A stretch of DNA of 64,000 nt. It comes from Paracoccaceae bacterium. GTDB taxonomy: Bacteria > Pseudomonadota > Alphaproteobacteria > Rhodobacterales > Rhodobacteraceae. Positions 50,930 to 61,151 of the stretch are shown here, one piece after another. The notes below the pieces were generated by a model. That model saw only the letters and a list, made by a program, of their open reading frames with translations. It was not told the origin of the DNA and did no database searches. How positions within the stretch are numbered: position 1 is the stretch's first letter; the number at the start of each line of letters is the position of its first letter. Location: positions 41,720 to 105,719 of the forward strand of contig JAIOJF010000025.1 in the NCBI GenBank assembly GCA_019911965.1, given 5' to 3'. Position numbers and translations under genes: made by a program.

Positions 50930-51636
50930 TGGCGACGGAACTCAGCGATGCCCATATCCTGATCGTTGACGATGACGAACGCATCCGCGGCCTGTTGCAG
51001 AAATTCCTCAGCCGCAACGGCTATTGGGTCAGTGCGGCGCGCGATGCGGCGCATGCGCGGCGTTTGCTGGCGGGGCTGGAGTTCGATCTGATCGTGCTGG
51101 ACGTGATGATGCCGGGCGAGGATGGCATCAGCCTGACCCGCGCCCTGCGCCAGACATTGGCGACACCGATCCTGCTGCTGACCGCCAAGAGCGAAACCAC
51201 TGACCGCATTTCCGGGCTGGAAGCCGGGGCCGACGATTATCTGGCCAAACCGTTCGAGCCGAAGGAATTGCTGCTGCGGATCAACGCCATCCTGCGCCGC
51301 GTGCCCAAGCCGCAGCCGGAACATGAAGTGCCCAAGACGCTGCAGATCGGCGGTTTCCGCTATGATATCACGCGCGGCGAGTTGTGGCAGGGCAGCGAGC
51401 TGATCCGCCTGACCTCGACCGAAAGCGCCTTGATGCGCATCTTTGCCGCCAGCCCGCACCAGCCGGTCAGCCGCAACCGGCTGGTCGAGGATCTGGGCCG
51501 CGACAAGGGCCAGGCACAGGAGCGCGCCATCGACGTGCAGATCACGCGCCTGCGGCGCAAGATCGAGGCCGATCCGAAAACTCCGCGTTATTTGCAAACG
51601 GTCCGCGGCGCGGGGTACATGCTGACGCCGGATTGA
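50929..51636 (+). CDS. OmpR-family response regulator (PetR-like by context), no adjacent kinase
   Basis: ILIVDDDERIR, LDVMMPGEDG, KPFEPKELL and a C-terminal RYLQTVRGAGYML. Confidence 0.9.
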   Translation: MATELSDAHILIVDDDERIRGLLQKFLSRNGYWVSAARDAAHARRLLAGLEFDLIVLDVMMPGEDGISLTRALRQTLATPILLLTAKSETTDRISGLEAGADDYLAKPFEPKELLLRINAILRRVPKPQPEHEVPKTLQIGGFRYDITRGELWQGSELIRLTSTESALMRIFAASPHQPVSRNRLVEDLGRDKGQAQERAIDVQITRLRRKIEADPKTPRYLQTVRGAGYMLTPD

Positions 51637-51723
51637 TCGGCCAGGCAAAGGGCAAGGCCGGCCCGGGCACCGGGGCACAGGACCGGCCGAAACGGAGCGA
51701 CGTCCGATAATATCCGTATTGCG

Positions 51724-52425
51724 CTAGTCTTCGGGTGGACCGATTGTCGTGGTCACGCTGCCCAGCCGTTCGATCGCAACCATGCAGATATCGCCGGACT
51801 GCAACGCCCCGACACCTGCAGGCGTGCCGGAATAGATCAGGTCGCCAGGGCGAAGCTCCATCGAGCGTGAGAGGATCGCGATCACCTCGGGGATGGACCA
51901 GATCAGGTCTTTCAGATCGGCCTGCTGGCGGATCGCGCCGTTGACCTCGGTGCGGATTTCGCCGCTGGCAGGATGGCCGATGGCGGCCACCGGATGCAGC
52001 GGCCCGCAGATTGCGGATCTATCGAACGCCTTGCCCCAATCCCAGGGGCGGCCCAGTTCGCGCGCCGCCAACTGCTGGTCGCGGCGGGTCAGGTCGTTGC
52101 CGATGGCATAGCCCCAGACATGCGACAGGCTGTCGGCCTCGGCGATATTGCGTCCGCCTTTGCCGATTGCCACCACCAGTTCGCCCTCGAAATGGAAATT
52201 GGCGGTTTCCGGCGGATAGGGAACAATGGCGCCGTCATCCACCACCGCATCCGCCGGCTTGGTGAAGAAGAAGGGCGGTTCGCGGTCGGGATCGCGGCCC
52301 ATTTCACGGGCATGGGCAGCGTAGTTGCGCCCGACGCAGAAAATGCGCCGCACCGGGAAACGCGCCTCGCTGTTGGCCACCGCGACCGAAGGCTGTGGCG
52401 GCGGCGGGATTACGAAATCGGTCAT
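51724..52425 (-). CDS. fumarylacetoacetate hydrolase family protein
   Basis: CVGRNYAAHAREMG, FEGELVVAIGK and GTPAGVG motifs. Confidence 0.88.
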   Translation of the reverse strand: MTDFVIPPPPQPSVAVANSEARFPVRRIFCVGRNYAAHAREMGRDPDREPPFFFTKPADAVVDDGAIVPYPPETANFHFEGELVVAIGKGGRNIAEADSLSHVWGYAIGNDLTRRDQQLAARELGRPWDWGKAFDRSAICGPLHPVAAIGHPASGEIRTEVNGAIRQQADLKDLIWSIPEVIAILSRSMELRPGDLIYSGTPAGVGALQSGDICMVAIERLGSVTTTIGPPED

Positions 52426-52699
52426 GGCTGGTCCTGTCTGTGGTCAAGCGGGCAAGGGATCGGCCCGACGGTCTGTTTGATGCAAGTTCTGCGCATTGGA
52501 CGTGAACAATCAACCCCGTGATCGGGCCTGGACCCCGGAACCGGCCCCGATGCCTGCCGCAAATCCGTTCAACCGCAGGCTTTTCGACACACCCCCTATC
52601 TTCCTGTCACAGTTTCTGTAAACATTGTGATAATTGCATATGACCAGCGCGTTCCACCGGGCTCCATCCGTCAGAACGCCGATCCGGAGCCTGCACCGC

Positions 52700-54583
52700 A
52701 TGGAAAATGTCCAGCTTACGGGTGAGATGATCGTCGTGCTTGCCCTGCTCGGCTTCACGGTGTTCATGTTCGTGGCCGAGGTGCTGCGGGTCGATCTGGT
52801 GGCGATCCTGGTGCTGGTCATCATCGGTATCCTCGGCCAGTTGCCTGGGCTGGAGAGCCTGGCAAGCGAGGGCAAGCTGTTCAGCGGCTTTTCCTCGAAC
52901 GCCGTCATGTCGATTATCGCGGTGATGATCATCGGTTCGGGCCTGGACCGGACCGGTATCATGAACAAGCTGGCGGCCGTGATCCTGAAATATGGCGGAG
53001 CCCGCGAAATCCGCATCACGGCAATCATTTCCGGCACTGTGGGGATCGTGTCGAGCTTCATGCAGAATGTCGGCGCGGCGGCGCTGATGATGCCGGTGGC
53101 CAGCCGGATCTCGGTTCGCTCGGGCTTTCCGCTCAGCCGGTTGCTGATGCCGCTTGGCTTTTGCGCCATTCTCGGCGGCACGGTAACGATGGTGGGATCG
53201 TCGCCGCTGATCCTGCTGAACGACCTGATCCTGCATTCCAACGGCGATCTGCCGGAATCGCACCGTATCCGCACTTTCGATCTGTTCGATGTGACTCCGG
53301 TCGGCCTGACGCTGGTGGCGACCGGCATCGTGTATTTCGCATTGTTCGGGCGCTGGGTGCTGCCCTCTGCGCCCAAGCGCGACGCCGCCGCCGCCGGCCA
53401 ATCAATGGCGGAATACCTGAAAGCCACCTACAAGCTGAAGGCCGATCTGGTCGAGGTGATCGTGCCCGCGGGCAATATCCTGGTCGGCCAGACCATCGAC
53501 GATATCATGAACGCACATCACCTTTACATTGTCGGCACGCAATATGCCGGCCAGAAGGTGATCGCGCCGCGTCTGGATACCGAAATCCTGACCCCCTGCC
53601 GGCTGGCGATCCTTGGCCGCAAGAAGGTGATCGAGCAGATCTGCGACATCTACGGCCTGAAGGTGCTGCCTCGGCTGGATGTCTTTACCGAGGATTTCTC
53701 GCCGGTGCGCGCCGGTGTTGCCGAGATCGTGGTGCCGCCGGGTTCAGCCGTGATCGGCAAGACCGCACGCGACCTCAGGCTGCGCGGCAGCTTCGGGATG
53801 AGCCTTCTGGCCATCCACCGCGCCGCCGACACGATGAGCCTGGTCGAGACCGAGGATCACCATGCCGTGCGGATCGGCAAGGTGCCGCTTCAGGCGGGCG
53901 ATACGCTGGTGGTGCATACGCCCTGGGACATGCTGATCCGGCTGAAATCCAACCGCGATTTTGTCATCGTCACCAGCGATTTCCCGCAGGACGATCTGCG
54001 CCCGAAAAAGGTTGGCTGGGCCGTATTGTTCTTCGCCGTCGCGCTTGGCCTGATCCTGTTCACCGACATGCGGGTATCCTTGTGCCTGATGACTGGGGCG
54101 GTGGGCATGATCATCGCCCGCGTGTTGACGATGGACGAAGCCTATCGCGCCGTAAGCTGGAGCACGGTGTTTCTTCTGGCCTCGTTGATCCCGCTGGGCG
54201 CGGCGGTGCAGAATACCGGCACCGCCGCCTGGATCGCGCAGCATGTCATTGCGCTGCTGGAGGGTTGGCCCGTCTGGTCGCTGCAGGCCGGCGTTGCGGT
54301 GCTGGCGACGGCGTTCTCGCTGGTGATGTCGAATGTCGGCGCGACGGTACTGCTGGTGCCGCTGGCCATCTCGATCGCGCTGGCGACCGGGGGCGATCCG
54401 GCGCTGTTCGCGCTGACCGTGGCAATCTCGACCTCGAATTCCTTCATCATCCCGACGCATCAGGTGAACGCGCTGATCATGGGGACGGCGGGCTATCGGG
54501 TGGTAGATTTCCTGCGGGCCGGCGGGGTGATGACGGTGCTGTTCCTGGTGGTGTCGCAGGCGATGATCCACCTGGTGTTCTGA
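52700..54583 (+). CDS. SLC13/DASS-family permease with two central TrkA-C (RCK_C) domains
   Basis: Hydrophobic N- and C-terminal halves flanking two soluble repeats (LVEVIVPAGNILVGQTI and VAEIVVPPGSAVIGKT). Confidence 0.85.
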   Translation: MENVQLTGEMIVVLALLGFTVFMFVAEVLRVDLVAILVLVIIGILGQLPGLESLASEGKLFSGFSSNAVMSIIAVMIIGSGLDRTGIMNKLAAVILKYGGAREIRITAIISGTVGIVSSFMQNVGAAALMMPVASRISVRSGFPLSRLLMPLGFCAILGGTVTMVGSSPLILLNDLILHSNGDLPESHRIRTFDLFDVTPVGLTLVATGIVYFALFGRWVLPSAPKRDAAAAGQSMAEYLKATYKLKADLVEVIVPAGNILVGQTIDDIMNAHHLYIVGTQYAGQKVIAPRLDTEILTPCRLAILGRKKVIEQICDIYGLKVLPRLDVFTEDFSPVRAGVAEIVVPPGSAVIGKTARDLRLRGSFGMSLLAIHRAADTMSLVETEDHHAVRIGKVPLQAGDTLVVHTPWDMLIRLKSNRDFVIVTSDFPQDDLRPKKVGWAVLFFAVALGLILFTDMRVSLCLMTGAVGMIIARVLTMDEAYRAVSWSTVFLLASLIPLGAAVQNTGTAAWIAQHVIALLEGWPVWSLQAGVAVLATAFSLVMSNVGATVLLVPLAISIALATGGDPALFALTVAISTSNSFIIPTHQVNALIMGTAGYRVVDFLRAGGVMTVLFLVVSQAMIHLVF

Positions 54584-54612
54584 CAGCTCGTGCCAATGCA
54601 GCAAGCTTCAGA

Positions 54613-55020
54613 TTAGTGCATGTCCAGCGCGTATTTCCGCAGTATTTCCAAAGGGATCGTCTCCAGCACGCTTTGATGCGTGGCGGCCAGAACCACCTTC
54701 GGCGCGGCCCCTTCGGCATGTACCTGCGCCCAGCGATCCACGCACAGGCACCAGCGGTCGCCCGCCTTCAGCCCGTCAAAGCCGTATTCCGGGCGCGGCG
54801 TGGACAGATCGTTGCCGAGATATTTCGACATCGCCAGAAACTCGTCCGTCACCTGGCAGCACACCGTATGCTTGCCAATGTCCAGCGCGTTGGTATTGCA
54901 GCAGCCATCGCGGAAAAACCCGGTCATCGGCTTGGTCGAGCATGGCTGGAGCGGCTCGCCCAGCACATTGATGCTGGGATCCATATCCGGCCGCGTTGTC
55001 TCAGGTTCCTGCTTCGCCAT
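54613..55020 (-). CDS. DUF2237 family protein
   Basis: NVLGEPLQPCSTKPMTGFFRDGCC and GDRWCLC motifs are typical of DUF2237. Confidence 0.7.
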   Translation of the reverse strand: MAKQEPETTRPDMDPSINVLGEPLQPCSTKPMTGFFRDGCCNTNALDIGKHTVCCQVTDEFLAMSKYLGNDLSTPRPEYGFDGLKAGDRWCLCVDRWAQVHAEGAAPKVVLAATHQSVLETIPLEILRKYALDMH

Positions 55021-55131
55021 TTCGCCCCCCGGTTCGCTGAAGGTCAGGTTAGGGGCAGCGGCGGGGGCGATCAATGGGGGAATGCGGGTTGGGGGGCGTT
55101 AACCCGGAAACTCTGCTGTAGTGCTGAGAAA

Positions 55132-55207
55132 TGGTGCCCCAAGACGGACTCGAACCGCCGACCTACTATTTACGAAACAGTTGCTCTACCGACTGAGCTA
55201 TTGGGGC
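55132..55207 (-). tRNA. tRNA-Thr (anticodon CGU), CCA encoded
   Basis: Hand-folded cloverleaf: acceptor GCCCCAA/TTGGGGC, D-arm GCTC/GAGC, anticodon stem ACTGT/ATAGT with loop TTCGTAA, T-arm GGCGG-TTCGAGT-CCGTC, then ACCA. Confidence 0.93.
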
Positions 55208-55255
55208 ATCGGGCGTGCTGATAGCAAGGAACGAGCGCTATGGGTAGCCCAAAAA

Positions 55256-56830
55256 TCACGTCTGTTTGACGGCGTGATCGGCAATCACGTAGGGATCGCC
55301 GACGATGCCGTCCATGTCGTCCGAGGTTTCGGCCATGCGCCCGGCGAAATCCTTGCGGGCGGGTTCGGCCGGTTCGGCCTCGGGTACCGCTTCGGCCTCC
55401 GCTTCAGGCTTGGCCACCTCAGGTTCTTCCGGCTCGGGTGCCTTCTGCTCGGTCAGGGCACCGACGATCAGCGGCAGCATGGCGGCGGCGGCCTGGGCGT
55501 TTTCCGCCGGGGCCGGGGCGGGCAGCCAGGACAGGGTATCGAACCCTGCGCAATTCTCGCAGACCGGCACCCATGTGCTGTGGACATGGCGGCATTTGGT
55601 GCAGGTCCACTGGTTGCCGCGCGGGGCTGACAGGGCGCGGGCCAGCCAGCCGCGCACCACGTTGTCGGGCGCGCCTTCGCCGCGTTCGATCGCCGCCATC
55701 ACCGTCAGCGAACGGATCGTCGGACCGGTTTCGGCCAGATTGCCGATACCATCGCGGGCAGCGCCGAAATCGCCTGCGGCAATCGCCAGTTCCGCTGCCA
55801 GCAGGCGTGATTCGGCATCCTCGGGCTTGAGTTTCAGCAGGGGCTGGAACCGTGCCAGCCGCGCCTCGGGGGTTTCGTCGGGCGAGATTTCCGCGAAGGC
55901 GGCGGCCAGGTCGGGATGCGGCTGCACGCTCCAGGCCTTGCGGATCACCTTGGCGGCATTGCGATAGGAGGAATCGAGGCCGTACATCTCCGCCGCCAGC
56001 ACCGCCGCCGGGATCAGATCGGGCGACAGGCGGTTGGCCTGCAATGCCGCCACCTTGCCGTTCTCGATCTCGCCGGCCTCCAGCTTTTCGCGCGCCTCGG
56101 CCAGGGCCAGCACCGCATCGCGCCTTGTGTGGACATCGCGCGGCAGCACCTTTGCCTTCAGCTTGGCGGCCAGCGTGGCGCGGGCACCTTTCCAGTCGGC
56201 CTTTTCCGATTGCAACCCGAACAGGGTGTCCAGCGTACCCTCGTGGCGCGGTCGCAGGGCAAAGGCCTTTTCCGCCAGTTTCAGCGCGGTGTCGGTGTCG
56301 CCCTCGGCCAGTTTCTGCTTCAGGATGCCCTGCACGCCGACGAACCGCGTGCGGTCATCGCCCAGCAATTTCTTGTAATGCGCCTGCGCGGCCTGGGTTT
56401 CGCCGTTCATTTCCGCCGCCTGCGCGGACAGCAACAACGTCAGGTCCGGGCGGCCCAGATACTTTTCGGCCCGCGCTGCCTTGGCCATCGCCACCTTGCC
56501 CTCGCCCGAGGCCAGCGCCATCAGGCCATCGGCCAGCGCCTCGAATCCCCGGCGTTCGCGGTTGCGGTCGAAATAGCGGGAAATCGCGGTTTCGTCGCCG
56601 TTGAGGAAGCGGAAGGTCGCCACCAGCAGGCCCGAGATGCGAAACAAGAGCCAGCCGGCCAGCAGGATCAGCACCAGCACCACCATCGCCGCCAGCGGTG
56701 TGAGCGAAAATTCCATCGCGCCAAGGGCGATGCGCACTTCGCCGCCCGCCTCGATCACGTAGCCGGCGCCATAGGTCACCGCCGCGACCAGCACGACGAA
56801 CAGCACGATCTTGAACAAGGACCAGATCAT
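55256..56830 (-). CDS. HemY-N-domain/TPR membrane protein (HemY-like)
   Basis: Two N-terminal TM segments, FRFLNGDET...RERRG, TPR-like repeats, a CxxC...CxxC ribbon and an acidic tail. Confidence 0.8.
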   Translation of the reverse strand: MIWSLFKIVLFVVLVAAVTYGAGYVIEAGGEVRIALGAMEFSLTPLAAMVVLVLILLAGWLLFRISGLLVATFRFLNGDETAISRYFDRNRERRGFEALADGLMALASGEGKVAMAKAARAEKYLGRPDLTLLLSAQAAEMNGETQAAQAHYKKLLGDDRTRFVGVQGILKQKLAEGDTDTALKLAEKAFALRPRHEGTLDTLFGLQSEKADWKGARATLAAKLKAKVLPRDVHTRRDAVLALAEAREKLEAGEIENGKVAALQANRLSPDLIPAAVLAAEMYGLDSSYRNAAKVIRKAWSVQPHPDLAAAFAEISPDETPEARLARFQPLLKLKPEDAESRLLAAELAIAAGDFGAARDGIGNLAETGPTIRSLTVMAAIERGEGAPDNVVRGWLARALSAPRGNQWTCTKCRHVHSTWVPVCENCAGFDTLSWLPAPAPAENAQAAAAMLPLIVGALTEQKAPEPEEPEVAKPEAEAEAVPEAEPAEPARKDFAGRMAETSDDMDGIVGDPYVIADHAVKQT

Positions 56831-58242
56831 TTCGCGGCCTCCCCGGCGTCTATTGCCTGATCGAGTTCCTTAAGCCCGGCCTGCACCGCCAGCAGGGCAT
56901 CGGCATCTTTCAGCCAACCCGCCATCGCCTCGACCCCCGGTTCGGGCAATTGGCGCACCAGATCGGCGGCGGCCTGAAGCTCGGCGCGGCCAAGGGCGGC
57001 TTCGGCGCGCGACAGGATCGCGTCGGGATCGTCGCCCTCGCGTTCCTCAAGCGAGCGTGCGCCAAGCTGTGCTTCCAGGAACGCGCCCAGCTTGCCGGTC
57101 AGGCTGTCATCCGCACCGGCCCGGATCGAGGCTTTCAGCCCCTTGCGCGCCGCCTTGGGATAGCCCTGTTGCAATTGCAGCAAGGTCGGCACGCCCTGAT
57201 CGGCGCGGCCACCAAGGGCCGCCGGGATATCCACCGCTGCCGCGCGCGCCAGTTCGGCCAGTTGATCGCCATAGGCGCGGCCGGTTTCAATCGCCGCATT
57301 CAGCCGCTCGCGGGCCAAGGCCAGGTCAACCTCGCCCGCCGCTTCGGTCAGTTCCGTCACCTTGGCGCGGGCGGCGTCCAGCCCGGCCTCGGCCTTGTCG
57401 GTGATCGCCTGCAGCTTCTGGTCCAGTTCCTCCCGGCTGATCGTCTGGTTTTCCAGCCGCGCCTTCAGCGCGTCGATCTCGGCGGCGTAGCGCGACATCA
57501 GTTCCGAGGTGGCGGCGCTGATCTCGCCTCCGGTTTCGGCAACCGTTTCGGCCAGCCGCTGGCGCGCGGCCTCCAGCCCGGCAAGGGCCTCGTCCAGCGA
57601 GGTTTCGGTGCCGCTCATCCGCTCGCCGAGGCGGGCGATTTCAGCGTCCAGCGCCGCCTTCATCGCGCGGACATCGGCCTCCAGTTTCACCAATGCGGAA
57701 TTGTCCCGCTGGGTTTCCAGCGTGGCAATCCGGCCATCCAGCGCGGCCAGCGTCTCGGTCAGCTTCGCGTCCATCCGGGCCAGGTCCGGGCCGTAATCCT
57801 TTGGCGGCGGGTTCAGCGCATCATTGGCGAACCAGCCGATACCACCCGCCACCACACCACCGGCCAGCAAGGCGGCAAACCCGGCAAGTCCGCCGGATCT
57901 GCGGGGCGGTTCGGGGGCTTTTGTCTTAGGTGGTTCGGATTTCGGAGGTTCCGCTTTGGGTGGCTCAGCTTTGCGCGGTTCGGATTTCGGCGGCTCCTGT
58001 GCCTGTACCGGCTTCGGCGGCTCCTTCGCGCCCTCTTTCGATGCGTCCTTCGCAGCATCCTTCACCGGCTCGGATTTCACGACTTCCACCGCCTTGGCGT
58101 CGATCACCTGAGGCGCTGCGGCGGGCTTGGCAGCGTCCGGTTTCTTCGGCGGGTCCAGTACCACCGGCGCGGATTTTGTCGTCTTCGCGCGGGTGCGCCG
58201 CTTTGCGGTGCCGCCGGCGGGTGTCGTCTTCTTCGTCGCCAC
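56827..58242 (-). CDS. alphaproteobacterial Mic60 (mitofilin)-like inner membrane protein
   Basis: Lys/Pro/Glu-rich N-terminus, one TM segment (GLAGFAALLAGGVVAGGIGW), long coiled-coil and a conserved C-terminal domain. Sits between hemD and the HemY-like gene. Confidence 0.6.
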   Translation of the reverse strand: MATKKTTPAGGTAKRRTRAKTTKSAPVVLDPPKKPDAAKPAAAPQVIDAKAVEVVKSEPVKDAAKDASKEGAKEPPKPVQAQEPPKSEPRKAEPPKAEPPKSEPPKTKAPEPPRRSGGLAGFAALLAGGVVAGGIGWFANDALNPPPKDYGPDLARMDAKLTETLAALDGRIATLETQRDNSALVKLEADVRAMKAALDAEIARLGERMSGTETSLDEALAGLEAARQRLAETVAETGGEISAATSELMSRYAAEIDALKARLENQTISREELDQKLQAITDKAEAGLDAARAKVTELTEAAGEVDLALARERLNAAIETGRAYGDQLAELARAAAVDIPAALGGRADQGVPTLLQLQQGYPKAARKGLKASIRAGADDSLTGKLGAFLEAQLGARSLEEREGDDPDAILSRAEAALGRAELQAAADLVRQLPEPGVEAMAGWLKDADALLAVQAGLKELDQAIDAGEAAK

Positions 58243-58344
58243 GGTTCAGGTCCTTTGCTGCGGTGTCAGAGGCTGGCCGGCAATCGCCCGGCCCGTCAAA
58301 GATAGGCCAGCGCCCCAACCCCCACAAGGGATTCCCGGGGTGCG

Positions 58345-59058
58345 TTACAGGAATCCGGCGATTTCCCGCGTAACCGCCCCGGCGGCAGGCTCATCGACAA
58401 TGCGGACCGCCCGGAAGGCCAGCCCGGCAAGCGGCGCGGCGACATTGTTGCTGAGGCAGATGGCAATGGCCCCGCTCAGGTCGAGCTGCGCGGCCTGTTC
58501 GGCGAACAGCCTTGCTGTGCGCGGCGAAAACAAGGGCACCAGCAGGGGCGTGCCATCGAACAGGGCGCGCGCCCCGGGCGCAAGCGGGCGCTGGCGCTGG
58601 TCGTAAACGATCTGGTCTTGCGTGGCATGGCCCAGGGCCGTCAGCCATTCGGCCAGCGCACTGGCCCGGTGACGCCCCCGCAGATAAAGGAAATGCTGCC
58701 CCTCGGGCGGCGGATGTTGCAAGGCCAGTTGCAGCAGATCGTCCGCCGTTCCCTCTGCGGCTTCGGCCCTCAGCCCGGCGGCACGCGCGGTCTCGGCGGT
58801 TTTGCCCCCGACGCAGAGGCAGGGAATATCCCGCCGCGCCGTTCGCGCCGCATATTCCGCTACGCCATTGACCGAGGTGAAAAGCAATTGATGCACGTCG
58901 TTCAGATCGGGCGCACCGGCAACCGGCACGATTTCCAGCAAGGGCGCGACCTCGATCCGCAGCCCCTCGCCACAGGCGGCACGCAAATCCGCCGCATAGG
59001 CGGTGGATTGGTCAGCCGCGCGGGTCAGAAGGATCGGGATGCCGGGATTGCTTGCCAT
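58345..59058 (-). CDS. hemD: uroporphyrinogen-III synthase
   Basis: [19 protein letters not shown] and 237 aa. Context next to the Mic60-like and HemY-like genes. Confidence 0.85.
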   Translation of the reverse strand: MASNPGIPILLTRAADQSTAYAADLRAACGEGLRIEVAPLLEIVPVAGAPDLNDVHQLLFTSVNGVAEYAARTARRDIPCLCVGGKTAETARAAGLRAEAAEGTADDLLQLALQHPPPEGQHFLYLRGRHRASALAEWLTALGHATQDQIVYDQRQRPLAPGARALFDGTPLLVPLFSPRTARLFAEQAAQLDLSGAIAICLSNNVAAPLAGLAFRAVRIVDEPAAGAVTREIAGFL

Positions 59059-59104
59059 GCGGACAGGTGTTACCTGCGAGCCAGCGCCCAGGCAAGAGCA
59101 TCAC

Positions 59105-60187
59105 ATGACGCAAGCACTGACCATTCTCGGGCTGGAAAGCAGTTGCGACGATACCGCCGCCGCAATTCTGCGCCACGCGCCGGGCGGGGCGGCGGAGATC
59201 CTGTCGTCGGTAGTTTACGGCCAGACCGCGCTGCATGCCGATTTCGGCGGCGTGGTGCCCGAGATCGCCGCCCGCGCCCATGCCGAAAAGCTGGACCTTT
59301 GCGTTGAACAGGCGCTGGCCGAAGCGGGCGTCGGGCTTGGCGATCTGGACGCGGTGGCGGTGACGGCCGGGCCGGGGCTGATCGGCGGTGTCTTGTCCGG
59401 CGTGATGTGCGCCAAGGGGCTGGCCGCCGGGGCGGGCCTGCCGTTGATCGGGGTCAACCATCTGGCCGGGCATGCCCTGACCGCGCGGATGACCGATCAG
59501 GTGGATTTTCCCTATCTCGCGCTGCTGGTCTCGGGCGGGCATTGCCAGTTTCTGATCGTGCGCGGGCATGACGATTACACAAGGCTGGGCGGCACGATCG
59601 ACGACGCCCCGGGCGAGGCGTTCGACAAGACGGCAAAGCTGCTGGGCCTGCCGCAACCGGGCGGCCCGGCGGTGGAGGCGGCGGCGCTTGCAGGCGATGC
59701 AAGGCGGTTCCGCTTTCCCCGCCCGCTTCTGGATCGCGATGGTTGCGACATGTCGTTTTCCGGTCTGAAAACCGCGCTGCGCCGCGCCCGCGATGAATTG
59801 GTGGACGTGCAGGGCGGGTTGACCGCGACAGATATCGCCGATCTCAGCGCCGGGTTTCAGTCGGCGGTTTGCGACGTGCTGGTGGAAAAATCCCGCCGTG
59901 CGCTGGCCGAGGCGGGCGTGCCTGTACTGGCGGTGGCCGGTGGGGTCGCCGCGAACGGGCCGATCCGCGCCGGCCTGACAACGCTTTGCGCCAGCGAAGG
60001 CGTGCGCTTCGTTGCCCCGCCGCAGCGGTACTGCACCGATAACGCCGCGATGATCGCCTGGGCCGGGCTGGAACGCTTCCGCGCCGGGCAGTTTGACGAC
60101 ATGACACTGGCCGCCCGCCCGCGCTGGCCGCTTGACGCGCGCGCCGAACCCATGCTGGGATCGGGCAGGAAGGGGGCCAAGGCATGA
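59105..60187 (+). CDS. tsaD: tRNA N6-adenosine threonylcarbamoyltransferase
   Basis: [23 protein letters not shown] and VSGGHCQ motifs. Confidence 0.95.
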   Translation: MTQALTILGLESSCDDTAAAILRHAPGGAAEILSSVVYGQTALHADFGGVVPEIAARAHAEKLDLCVEQALAEAGVGLGDLDAVAVTAGPGLIGGVLSGVMCAKGLAAGAGLPLIGVNHLAGHALTARMTDQVDFPYLALLVSGGHCQFLIVRGHDDYTRLGGTIDDAPGEAFDKTAKLLGLPQPGGPAVEAAALAGDARRFRFPRPLLDRDGCDMSFSGLKTALRRARDELVDVQGGLTATDIADLSAGFQSAVCDVLVEKSRRALAEAGVPVLAVAGGVAANGPIRAGLTTLCASEGVRFVAPPQRYCTDNAAMIAWAGLERFRAGQFDDMTLAARPRWPLDARAEPMLGSGRKGAKA

Positions 60188-61143
60188 GCAGCATCACCAT
60201 CGCCGGTGCAGGCGCATTCGGCACCGCGCTGGCCATCGCGCTGGCCCGCGAAGGGCGGACAACCCGCCTGTGGTCGCGCGATGCCGATGCCGCCAGCGCC
60301 ATGCAGGACGCACGGCAAAACGCCAGCCGCCTGCCCGGTGCCGGTTTTCCCCGCGATCTGTTGATCTCCGCCGATGCCGACGATCTGGCCGCCGAAACCG
60401 TGCTGATTGCGGTGCCGACGCAAAGCCTGCGCGGGTTTCTGGCGGCGCATGGCGACCATTTGCAGGGCTCCACATGCGTTTTGTGCTGCAAGGGGATCGA
60501 GTCGGGCACCGGGCTGCTGCCCAGCCAGATTCTCGCCTCGGTCCTGCCGGATGTGCGCGGCGCGGTTCTGACCGGCCCGGGCTTTGCCTCGGAAATCGCC
60601 CGTGGCCTGCCGACCGCGTTGACCTTGGCGATGGATGGCGCGGGCGATCCGGCGCTTCAGGCGCTGTTGTCCACGGCAACGCTGCGGCTTTATCTGTCGA
60701 ACGACCCGACCGGGGCACAGCTTGGCGGGGCGCTGAAAAACGTGATTGCCATTGCCTGTGGTATCTCGATCGGGGCCGGTCTTGGCGAAAGCGCGCGCGC
60801 CGCGCTGATGACACGCGGCTACGCCGAGATGATGCGCCTGGCCACCGATATGGGGGCCAGTGCGGCGACGCTGGCGGGCCTCAGCGGATTTGGCGATCTG
60901 GCGCTGACCTGCACCTCGCTGCAATCGCGCAACTACGCGCTTGGCCATCGGCTGGGACAGGGCGGCGCGATCGGCGACGGCACGCTGGAAGGTGTCGCCA
61001 CCGCCCGCGCCAGCCTGACACTGGCGGAACCGCGCGGGGTGGAGATGCCGGTGGCCGGGATCGTTGCCGCCGTGCTGGAAAAGTCACTGACGATCAACGA
61101 GGCGGTCGCAGCCCTGCTGTCGCGGCCATTGAAAGCGGAATAG
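60184..61143 (+). CDS. gpsA: NAD(P)H-dependent glycerol-3-phosphate dehydrogenase
   Basis: [21 protein letters not shown] and [10 protein letters not shown] motifs. Overlaps the tsaD stop. Confidence 0.93.
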   Translation: MSSITIAGAGAFGTALAIALAREGRTTRLWSRDADAASAMQDARQNASRLPGAGFPRDLLISADADDLAAETVLIAVPTQSLRGFLAAHGDHLQGSTCVLCCKGIESGTGLLPSQILASVLPDVRGAVLTGPGFASEIARGLPTALTLAMDGAGDPALQALLSTATLRLYLSNDPTGAQLGGALKNVIAIACGISIGAGLGESARAALMTRGYAEMMRLATDMGASAATLAGLSGFGDLALTCTSLQSRNYALGHRLGQGGAIGDGTLEGVATARASLTLAEPRGVEMPVAGIVAAVLEKSLTINEAVAALLSRPLKAE

Positions 61144-61151
61144 GGGAAATC

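Noticed and set aside
55021-55255. tRNA-Thr as a possible integration site for a genomic island.
   Set aside because: No integrase, direct repeat of the tRNA 3' end, or compositionally deviant genes were seen on either side. The neighbours are conserved DUF2237 and HemY-like genes.
57930-58010. Imperfect tandem DNA repeats (GGTTCGGATTTCGG.GG.TCC twice) that at first looked like a repeat array.
   Set aside because: They lie inside the Mic60-like coding region and simply encode the reiterated EPPKSEPPK low-complexity linker. There is no spacer/repeat periodicity of CRISPR type.
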